A DNA stretch of 64,000 nt from positions 124,001 to 188,000 of the IMG/VR virus record IMGVR_UViG_3300021959_006010. The stretch is one strand, 5' to 3'. A model generated the notes under the pieces. The model was not told the DNA's origin and searched no databases. It saw nothing but the letters and a program-made list of their open reading frames with translations. The position numbers and the translations under genes were made by a program. Positions 56,593 through 64,000 of this stretch are shown piece after piece (the first letter of the stretch is position 1; every line of letters starts with the position of its first letter).

Positions 56593-56610
56593 GACTTTAT
56601 TTATCAACTA

Positions 56611-57774
56611 TCAATTACCGATAGTTGACGATTCGTACACAGAATTGTGTGTCTGTGTACATCGAACAAATGTGGTACATTTGCTCAAATGCTTTAATCT
56701 GACTGCGCCAGCATAAGTGCAAGTAGAGCGCACCCCACCAAGTATATCTTGAATGCTACCTTCCACTGCTCCTCGGTAAGGAACAAGAACCGTTCTTCCT
56801 TCACTACTGCGATACTCCTTTAGTCCGCCAAAATGTTTTTCGTTCGCGGCCTTCGAACTCATTCCGTAGAATTGTACAAACTTTTTTTCTTTATAAATGC
56901 ATTCAACATCGTTTGGTTCTTCATTTGAAATCAAAACATACTCGTCTGTTTTATACAATTTGGTAATTACTTCGCCGCCACCTTCATCGTGTCCGGCTAA
57001 CATACCACCAAGCATTACAAAATCTGCACCAGCTGCGAAAGCCTTGGCAACATCTCCGGGGCAAGTACAGCCGCCGTCAGCAATAATATGTCCGCCAAGC
57101 CCATGAGCAGCATCAGCACACTCAATGACAGCGGAAAGTTGTGGGTATCCGACTCCAGTTTGAATCCTAGTAGTACAAACGCTACCAGGTCCAATACCAA
57201 CTTTAATAATATCAGCTCCAGCAAGAATAAGTTCCTCCGTCATTTCGCCTGTTACTACATTTCCGGCGATGATTACAATATGTGGATAGCGTTGTCTAAA
57301 CTCACGCACAAATGTTGCAAAGCGTTCTGAGTAGCCATTCGCAACATCAATACACACATATTTTAGATTACCGTCTGCTTGTTCGTATACATTGCGAAAC
57401 TTCATTTCGTCTCGATCAGTAATACCGATACTCATAGCAACATAGTTAGTGCGACTATAGTCATCAGTATCAAAGAAACTTACAAGTTCTTGTACACTAT
57501 AAGTTTTAACTAAACAAGTAAAGATACTTTGTTTAGCCAGTGTGTCGGCCATTTCAAACGTTCCAACACCGTCCATGTTAGAAGCCATAATAGGAACGCC
57601 TCGCCAGTGACGTGTGTCAGGACGTAACTGTTCCATACTCATATCTTCCGGAGTCCAGTTACGCCAAGTATAGCCTCTTTGTAAATCTACTTCTTTTCGA
57701 GATCCTAGAGTTGATCGTTTAGGACGAATTAGTACATCCTTATAATCAAGTTTCATGTCTTCTTCGAGACGCAT
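56611..57774 (-). CDS. guaC: GMP reductase
   Basis: [46 protein letters not shown]. Confidence 0.92.
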   Translation of the reverse strand: MRLEEDMKLDYKDVLIRPKRSTLGSRKEVDLQRGYTWRNWTPEDMSMEQLRPDTRHWRGVPIMASNMDGVGTFEMADTLAKQSIFTCLVKTYSVQELVSFFDTDDYSRTNYVAMSIGITDRDEMKFRNVYEQADGNLKYVCIDVANGYSERFATFVREFRQRYPHIVIIAGNVVTGEMTEELILAGADIIKVGIGPGSVCTTRIQTGVGYPQLSAVIECADAAHGLGGHIIADGGCTCPGDVAKAFAAGADFVMLGGMLAGHDEGGGEVITKLYKTDEYVLISNEEPNDVECIYKEKKFVQFYGMSSKAANEKHFGGLKEYRSSEGRTVLVPYRGAVEGSIQDILGGVRSTCTYAGAVRLKHLSKCTTFVRCTQTHNSVYESSTIGN

Positions 57775-57783
57775 AATAACCTC

Positions 57784-58044
57784 TTAGTAACCTAATTCTC
57801 TTTTACGTTTTGCTAGTGCTTTTAGATGTCTGTTGCGAGCTTGTTTTTTCTTTCTGTTTTTTACAATACTCGGCTTTTCATAAAATTCTCGATTTCTTAG
57901 TTCTTGTAAAACACCATCTTCTTGAACTAATTTCTTGAAGCGTCTCATAGCTTTATTAAAATCGCCATTGCGTACTTCTACACGAAGTCCTTGAACTTCA
58001 ACTTCGTTTTTTCTATTTTGATTCCTGCGCAAAATTGCCTCCAT
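57784..58044 (-). CDS. rpsU: Ribosomal protein bS21
   Basis: VEVRNGDFNKAMRRFKK...REFYEKPS. Confidence 0.9.
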   Translation of the reverse strand: MEAILRRNQNRKNEVEVQGLRVEVRNGDFNKAMRRFKKLVQEDGVLQELRNREFYEKPSIVKNRKKKQARNRHLKALAKRKRELGY

Positions 58045-58411
58045 CTTCTATCAAAAAATCGAGTGTATAAACTCTTTTAACACTTATATTAGTATATACT
58101 GGATTGGTATCATTTGTCAACCAATAAGTGTTTGTGTTTGCAACAATAAAACTTGCTAAATCTCTTACACGTCTTGGGCTATTGTCAATGTCAAAGATTA
58201 CTATATCTGCTATGTGTGCAACACTAAGCAACCAATCTATATTTTCTTCTTCTTCGGGATTATCGTATATGTAAATATTAAGAGGTGCATTCCAAGATTC
58301 TAGATGATTTTGAAACTCTTCTTTTATAGAATCTCTACAACCGATTAATAAAAAACTACGATTATTATTAAACAATTTATCCGGTGCGGTAATCAAGTTA
58401 ATTGTGTGCAT
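58013..58411 (-). CDS. Hypothetical protein
   Basis: 132 aa ORF. Confidence 0.6.
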   Translation of the reverse strand: MHTINLITAPDKLFNNNRSFLLIGCRDSIKEEFQNHLESWNAPLNIYIYDNPEEEENIDWLLSVAHIADIVIFDIDNSPRRVRDLASFIVANTNTYWLTNDTNPVYTNISVKRVYTLDFLIEDGGNFAQESK

Positions 58412-58433
58412 ACTTTATATATTCAAACCTTGA

Positions 58434-60641
58434 TTATTTTTTGTCGTTTTTGGTAGGTTTCTTTTTTTGAATTTCCTCAATTTCTTCTGTATAAAACATT
58501 TTATTTACAGTTGGAGGAATAGGCTGCTGTACTTTATTCCAAAGACTATCGGGACTTTGTTCAGCGTTTTGTACGTATCCTGTTTTGTATACTACTTCGT
58601 CGGAAGGTAAAGGAATCGGTCTTGTAATGTTCGCCACTCTCTGCCCTGTTTGAATACTTGACTCATGGCTAGTTTCCCCATCTCGTTCATTGTCCACCAC
58701 ATCGTTTTCTTGTAATTCTGTTGCATCTGTGTCCCGAACATTTTGTCCATCATCTCTAGATTCGCTAGGTGTATCGTCAGTAGGTTGTGTATCATCTACT
58801 TCTCCTTGTTGTATTCCAGTGTCTTCTGGATTATCTTGTTGCGTGTCTTCTGTGCTTTCAGATTCTTCTTCTGTGCCCACTGGCGTAACATCTTCCTGCG
58901 CAACTTCTGCATCTTCTTCAAGTGCTGTTCTTTGTTCAACTTCTTCATCTAGCTGTCTCTCTTCTTCTGTGGCCACAGCCATTCCTTTGGCAGTGTCTCC
59001 TCTCGTACCTCCGGTTCCAGTGGTATGTTCGCTAGTAATTGTTTCAACAGTTCCTCCGTTGTCATCTACTTCCTCCTCTTTAGTAGGCGGCGTAGAATCG
59101 TCAATATTAAAACTAGAGTTGTCAACTATAGTATGTTCTCGCTGGCGTTCGTGATCTTTCCATTCTGCTTGCCGAAGTAACTCCTTCTGATCGTCTTTAC
59201 GTTTTTTATTAAATTCAAACGTATATTGACTTGCGATCAAAAGTAACACAGCTAACGGGTCAAAAACAAAGATGATAATAAGTATCACCCAACGAACGGC
59301 TTCTTCCAGCATATCAGTATCAGTTTGCTCACCGTAAACAAATTCTGCAATATACTTTACTGGGCCTACTTCTGCTTCTAGTTTGCGATATTCTGCTTCT
59401 AGAGCATATTTTTCTTCTGTGAGTGTGTCTATTTCTGCATTTGCAGTTCTAATGCGATCATTTTGTTCTTCAATAGCCGCATCTATTTCGGCGGCTTTGT
59501 CTTCTTGCGCAAGTTGCGCTCGTAGACGTTCAATTAATGCCTGTGATTGTGCAACCTGAGTTTCTGCACTCTCACGCAATCTCTGTATCTCGTCTCTTGC
59601 TGTTGCAATTATAGGAGACTCAGTTTGACGCACTTCGTCAATCTTACCCAGCATTGTAAGCTCTCTGTCTTTTAATGCTGGTATTTGAGATGTTCTAATA
59701 TCTTTTACTATTCCTGCAAGACGCTCGCGTTCGCTATCTACTGTGCTTGTAGCAGATACACGTAATTGTGATACTTCGCCTTGTATTTGTGTAATACGCT
59801 CACGCTGTGCCGCTACCCAAGCAACAAGAGCCTTACGTGTGTTACTCCCAAATGCGCCATCACTTGTTACACCAATAATTGCTTGTCCTGCTCTAATTTG
59901 ATCTCGTTCGCCACTATTGACTTGATTAGTAACACGAATAATTTCTTGTTCAATTGCATCTATTTGCTCAAGCAAAGGATCTACTGCACTTGTGTCAGCA
60001 CTAAGATTTGCAATCTTATCTTCGTATTCTCTTGCGGTAGTTTCTAAACGTGATATTTCATCTAGGATATTTGTTAATTGAGTTTCAAATGGCTTAGTTC
60101 TATTATTATCATTTTCTCTAGCATCTGCAATAATTTGATTTTGCTGACCAATAGCTGGCTGAATACGTTCAAATGCAAGATCAATACGTTCTTGCTCTTT
60201 GTCAATTTGATTTTGTATGTTTGCATCAGAACCTGTACCTGTAGACTGTAAGTTTTCAATACGTTCTTGTGCTCTTACTACAATGCCTTCTTGACGTGCA
60301 ATTTCTGTAGTCAGACGTTCAACTTGTGCAACACTTTCTTGACTAGCACTTGTTTGTTCGATGTGTGCTTTAGATAAGAATCCAAAGATACCCATACTTG
60401 TAATAAGCATAAGAACTATTACTGCAAGTGTCAGATATCCTTTAAGCCACCAAACAGTTTGTTTCCAATATCGGTGTAACCAAACTGCTGTTACTAGTTT
60501 AGCAATCTCTAGTGTGCCGCCCATAATCATAATAGGCACAGCAGCCGCGGCAAAAATAGCCACAAGGCCAGCGACTGAGTAGTATATAGCAACGGCGCTT
60601 ATTGACAGCGCCGTTATTAATGTTAAAATTCCTAAGAGCAT
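58434..60641 (-). CDS. Multi-TM coiled-coil protein with a peptidoglycan-binding-like motif and acidic tail
   Basis: 3 N-terminal TMs, long heptads, QAIIGVTSDGAFGSNTRKAL, TM at DPLAVLLL. Confidence 0.65.
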   Translation of the reverse strand: MLLGILTLITALSISAVAIYYSVAGLVAIFAAAAVPIMIMGGTLEIAKLVTAVWLHRYWKQTVWWLKGYLTLAVIVLMLITSMGIFGFLSKAHIEQTSASQESVAQVERLTTEIARQEGIVVRAQERIENLQSTGTGSDANIQNQIDKEQERIDLAFERIQPAIGQQNQIIADARENDNNRTKPFETQLTNILDEISRLETTAREYEDKIANLSADTSAVDPLLEQIDAIEQEIIRVTNQVNSGERDQIRAGQAIIGVTSDGAFGSNTRKALVAWVAAQRERITQIQGEVSQLRVSATSTVDSERERLAGIVKDIRTSQIPALKDRELTMLGKIDEVRQTESPIIATARDEIQRLRESAETQVAQSQALIERLRAQLAQEDKAAEIDAAIEEQNDRIRTANAEIDTLTEEKYALEAEYRKLEAEVGPVKYIAEFVYGEQTDTDMLEEAVRWVILIIIFVFDPLAVLLLIASQYTFEFNKKRKDDQKELLRQAEWKDHERQREHTIVDNSSFNIDDSTPPTKEEEVDDNGGTVETITSEHTTGTGGTRGDTAKGMAVATEEERQLDEEVEQRTALEEDAEVAQEDVTPVGTEEESESTEDTQQDNPEDTGIQQGEVDDTQPTDDTPSESRDDGQNVRDTDATELQENDVVDNERDGETSHESSIQTGQRVANITRPIPLPSDEVVYKTGYVQNAEQSPDSLWNKVQQPIPPTVNKMFYTEEIEEIQKKKPTKNDKK

Positions 60642-60686
60642 AGTCTTGTATTTAAGTCAAAAATAGCCTCGAATTAAGCTATCTTA

Positions 60687-61196
60687 TTACTTCTCCCATC
60701 GATAAAAAACGTGTACACCGATTCTTCCAACTAAATCAAAGTTTCGAGCCCATCTAGGTTGTACATAATTAGCATGATAGTGAGTAGCACCTTCGGAGAT
60801 TCCTCTAAAATCTCCGTGTACCATCATCATATATGCTCTTTGTTGTGCATTTACCCACGCATCTTTGTCTGTAGGATAATCACTTTTGCCATCACAATAC
60901 CAGCTGAATTGGCATTGGTTACGTTTCATTTGTCCGTTAGGATGTTTAAGTCCTTGTTTTACAACTCCGCAAATTGTATTTGGATAGCGTGTATCTTGTA
61001 CACGATTAAGAACTACATCAGCAACAGCTAATTGATCTGCTAGATTTGATCCTCGTGCTTCGTAGTAAATATTCTGTGCAAGACACCATTCTTCTTCATT
61101 TCCTGCATGTGGAAATAAAATGTCCATGCCAGTTTCTTTTGCTTGTGCCGTGCTGGATACTGCCAGCAGAACTGCTGCGATTAGATATTTTTTCAT
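60687..61196 (-). CDS. Cell-wall hydrolase (SleB/CwlJ, Hydrolase_2)
   Basis: CLAQNIYYEARG, VVLNRV, YPNTICGVV, CQFSWYCDG, ATHYHA. Confidence 0.9.
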   Translation of the reverse strand: MKKYLIAAVLLAVSSTAQAKETGMDILFPHAGNEEEWCLAQNIYYEARGSNLADQLAVADVVLNRVQDTRYPNTICGVVKQGLKHPNGQMKRNQCQFSWYCDGKSDYPTDKDAWVNAQQRAYMMMVHGDFRGISEGATHYHANYVQPRWARNFDLVGRIGVHVFYRWEK

Positions 61197-61217
61197 GTTT
61201 TCTTGCCCTTTTTGTAT

Positions 61218-61646
61218 TTATCGACGCATTTGTGCTATTTCTTTTGCTTGTTTAGTACCACGCATAATAGGTACAGCATTGGATTTATGCATTGTGCCAA
61301 TTCCAACAATAAGGTCTCCTGTATATTGGGGTGATTCTTTCTTTGCTGCAAAACCATCAATAGTGTTAGAAAGACTTGGATAGTTTTTTGTTTCTCGCTG
61401 ATATGTTTCTTTAGGAACATATGGTTCGAATTCTTTTTTAACTACCTTATGTTCGCCGCGAATGTAAGAAAGGTACTGTTCGAGCGTGTCGAACTGTGCC
61501 GAATGGCAATTTGTTTGGCGCATACGTTTGTTATATGCTCGCCATTCTTGCTCTAGTTTGAGCATTTGATTGTCAGTTAGATTCTTCTTCTTACGCTTCT
61601 TGTAGTTTGTTGTGGTCATATAAGGACCTACTAGATGCATAGTCAT
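61218..61646 (-). CDS. Hypothetical basic protein
   Basis: 142 aa; IGTMHKSNAVP. Confidence 0.65.
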   Translation of the reverse strand: MTMHLVGPYMTTTNYKKRKKKNLTDNQMLKLEQEWRAYNKRMRQTNCHSAQFDTLEQYLSYIRGEHKVVKKEFEPYVPKETYQRETKNYPSLSNTIDGFAAKKESPQYTGDLIVGIGTMHKSNAVPIMRGTKQAKEIAQMRR

Positions 61647-61651
61647 AAAAA

Positions 61652-61708
61652 ACTCCTGCTATTTTGTTACTGTCTAAACAGTATAGCAGGAGTCTATTAT
61701 CTTGTCAA
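61652..61708 (-). promoter_or_regulatory. Sigma70 promoter overlapping an 11 bp hairpin that contains the RBS
   Basis: TTGACA-17-TATACT; ACTCCTGCTAT/ATAGCAGGAGT then TTTTT-ATG. Confidence 0.75.
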
Positions 61709-61714
61709 GTCTTT

Positions 61715-61969
61715 TTATTGGATGTTGTTTTCACGCTTCCAAACACGATGTTTTGCTTCGCTCCAAACAACCATTGCAAAGCTATAAACAACAAACGGAA
61801 TACCAATTGTTAGCCAAGCAAAGAATTGACTTTGAAAGTCTGCGTAACCAAATGCAACATAGCCTTGAGTAATAACATACCATACTGCCATTATTCCTAC
61901 AAAGCCTGCAATAAGTTTTGCAACAATCTTTACAGATTCGATTAGTGTATTTTTAGTAGTTGAATTCAT
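61715..61969 (-). CDS. Two-TM membrane protein
   Basis: Start MNSTTK; promoter TTGACA-17-TATGTT at 62033-62061. Confidence 0.6.
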   Translation of the reverse strand: MNSTTKNTLIESVKIVAKLIAGFVGIMAVWYVITQGYVAFGYADFQSQFFAWLTIGIPFVVYSFAMVVWSEAKHRVWKRENNIQ

Positions 61970-62065
61970 GATGTTTTTCTCCTTTATCATGTTGGGCATT
62001 TGCCTCCCGACTACCAAATGCGCTATGTGTATAACATAGCACAACACTACATCTATGTCAACAGT

Positions 62066-62206
62066 TTATTTGTCAAGTTTTTTCTTTATCCAAAGAACAC
62101 TTGCATAAACAGCAAGAGCCCACACTGTTGCGAGTAATATATCGCTCCAGTGTTCTCGCATATTGTAGATAAACTCTATGCCTACTCTTGCTGTATCTGC
62201 GTCCAT
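62066..62206 (-). CDS. Small single-TM protein (46 aa)
   Basis: MDADTARVGIEFIYNMREHWSDILLATVWALAVYASVLWIKKKLDK; TAATG coupling. Confidence 0.55.
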   Translation of the reverse strand: MDADTARVGIEFIYNMREHWSDILLATVWALAVYASVLWIKKKLDK

Positions 62207-63945
62207 TAGTGTATACTTGGCAATTTATTATAGTCTACTTGATAGTAGCCTGACTCGTGTATACTCACTGCGTCAGCGTACTCAGTGTCTAATAGCTCTT
62301 GTGCCATTACACCCGTATGCTGCTCGTTGCTCCATACATAATTGTATGTGTAAGTGTTAAGTCCTGCAACTACACCTGCAAACTCTACATTCTCTTTTAG
62401 ACGCACATCTGAAAACCATTTCTTAGGATTGCTAATGGTTTTCCAGGCTTTGTTAGCCGCGTCTTCAATTGCCTTTTCAGCACTGTTGATTGCATTGTTG
62501 CATTGATTAATTGCTGAGTTACAAGCATTGATAGTTGAATTAGCTGCGTTCATCATATTTTGTGCAGACAATGCTTGTTTTGTCCAATTAGCAGCTTCAC
62601 TGCCCCAATGTGCTACTGAGTTAGCTGCATTGGTTACTGCGCTAGTTGCATCGTTTACTGCTTTCTCTGTCGCATTTACTGCACTGTTAGCACCTGCTAG
62701 TGCTTTTTGTGCGCCTACTTGTGCTTCTTGTGCAACGCCTAGGCTGTAGTTTGCAACTTTAACTGCTTCGTCTTGTGCTGCATCAAGTTGATCAGTCATA
62801 TACTTCTGTGCTTTGTCAACTGTGCCGCCTGCATCTAGGATTGCTTGTGCGCCGTCAATGATAGGATTCATATCAATGTCTAGATCAAAGTCTGCGTCTA
62901 GTCCAATTAGACAAGCAACCTTACCGTCTACACCAATTGATAGTTTGTTGTCTTCGTATGTTGCGTGAGCACCACCACTTACACCAATTTGTGCACCAGC
63001 ACTTACACCTGCTGAACCACCTGCTTCTACATTACCTACGTGAGCTGAACCACTTGCATCTGCACTAACACTTGCGCCTGCAATGGCACCACCTTCAACA
63101 CTTGCACCGTGTTCGCCAACACTTGCACTTCCGCCTGCTTGTGCATATGCTTCTGCGTGTACACCTGCTTCGCCTTCTGCGCCTGCGTCAACGCTTACAT
63201 CACCAATAGGCGTATCTAGTCCAATGCTTGCATCTGCACTTCCACCTACTGTTGCATCAGCACTTGCACTTGCACCTACTTCTGCGGCTGCACTTGCATC
63301 ACTACCATCCCAGCCGCCACTTGCGTTTGCGTGGGCTTCTACTTCTGCACCTGCTTGAGCGTTTGCTTCTGCACTTGCATCTTCGTGTAGTGTACCAATG
63401 TTACCTAGGTCTTGTTGTGCGTGTGCTTCTGCGCCTGCTTCTGCATCAGCACTAACACCTGCGTGAGCTTCTGCACCTGCTGCAAACGAACTGTCTGTAG
63501 TTTCTACACCAGCACTTGCTCCCGCTTCTGCACTTGCGTGAGCACCTGCACTTGCACTTGCTCCAGCATTTTCGTTGCCTACACTTGTGCTTGTGTCAAC
63601 ACCTGCACTTGCATCTACAACTACTGCGTATTGCGGTTCGCTTACTTTGTCAACATTAGCTTGTGCATCTAGTACAGCAGCGTGAGCAGCATCATATTCT
63701 TCTTGTTTTTTCTTTTGATCTTCAACAGCCGCATCGTGATCTTTTTGCGCTTGATCCAACTGTGCCTGAGCATCTTTTTGTTGTTGCTCTGCTTTTGCTT
63801 TTTCTTGATCAGCGTGTGCTTTATTTGAATCAGCAGTGTTTTTTTGTTGTGTAGCACTGCTTAGTTGATTCTGTGCCTGAGATTTTTCTGCTTCTTTTTG
63901 GTTCTTTTCGTTCTGCGCATTGCGCTTGTCGTCTTCTGCACTCAT
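62206..63945 (-). CDS. Coiled-coil/Ala-Gly-repeat protein with C-terminal peptidase S74 intramolecular chaperone
   Basis: FSDVRLKENV...YTYNY...GVMAQEL...GYYQVDY; central ASAEAGAS-type repeats; GGAG RBS. Confidence 0.75.
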   Translation of the reverse strand: MSAEDDKRNAQNEKNQKEAEKSQAQNQLSSATQQKNTADSNKAHADQEKAKAEQQQKDAQAQLDQAQKDHDAAVEDQKKKQEEYDAAHAAVLDAQANVDKVSEPQYAVVVDASAGVDTSTSVGNENAGASASAGAHASAEAGASAGVETTDSSFAAGAEAHAGVSADAEAGAEAHAQQDLGNIGTLHEDASAEANAQAGAEVEAHANASGGWDGSDASAAAEVGASASADATVGGSADASIGLDTPIGDVSVDAGAEGEAGVHAEAYAQAGGSASVGEHGASVEGGAIAGASVSADASGSAHVGNVEAGGSAGVSAGAQIGVSGGAHATYEDNKLSIGVDGKVACLIGLDADFDLDIDMNPIIDGAQAILDAGGTVDKAQKYMTDQLDAAQDEAVKVANYSLGVAQEAQVGAQKALAGANSAVNATEKAVNDATSAVTNAANSVAHWGSEAANWTKQALSAQNMMNAANSTINACNSAINQCNNAINSAEKAIEDAANKAWKTISNPKKWFSDVRLKENVEFAGVVAGLNTYTYNYVWSNEQHTGVMAQELLDTEYADAVSIHESGYYQVDYNKLPSIH

Positions 63946-63978
63946 TGAGTATCTCCTATTGGTTACATAATAGTTATT

Positions 63979-64000
63979 AAAAAAGGACCCTTTCGGATCC
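63979..64000 (-). terminator. Intrinsic terminator at window edge
   Basis: GGATCC-GAAA-GGGTCC-T6. Confidence 0.75.

Overview
This window is 64 kb of a large, AT-rich, lytic-type tailed phage genome with no integrase, rRNA or CRISPR array, mostly encoded on the minus strand. It carries T4-style late promoter motifs (TAAATA) and many near-consensus sigma70 promoters. Positions 1-26.4 kb are a virion-structural block (subtilase, baseplate/fibre proteins, two giant divergent beta-helix fibres with C-terminal autocleaving chaperones) interrupted by an iscA-uvsE-fpr-queD islet. Positions 26.4-32.5 kb encode a two-subunit type II topoisomerase, DNA ligase and small ORFs. Positions 32.6-35.8 kb are a tRNA region with 7 tRNAs, a deaminase and a radical SAM protein. 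Positions 36-64 kb are accessory genes: clpP, tilS, a nuclease/helicase plus methyltransferase cassette, infA, a secreted three-gene module, a Fis-like HTH, hemO-pcyX, clpS, hsp20, guaC, rpsU, a cell-wall hydrolase and an S74-chaperone protein. The hemO-pcyX pair and a ROSE-like element point to an aquatic, probably alphaproteobacterial host (inference). The best candidate for a new system is a trp-operon-style ribosome attenuator at 34297-34475. There a sigma70 promoter drives a 20-codon leader containing consecutive Cys-Trp-Pro-Pro codons, followed by mutually exclusive antiterminator and terminator hairpins directly upstream of the phage tRNA-Trp, tRNA-Pro, deaminase and tRNA-Cys. Second is a ROSE-like RNA thermometer in the hsp20 leader. 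All calls come from manual motif reading; no searches or folding programs were run.
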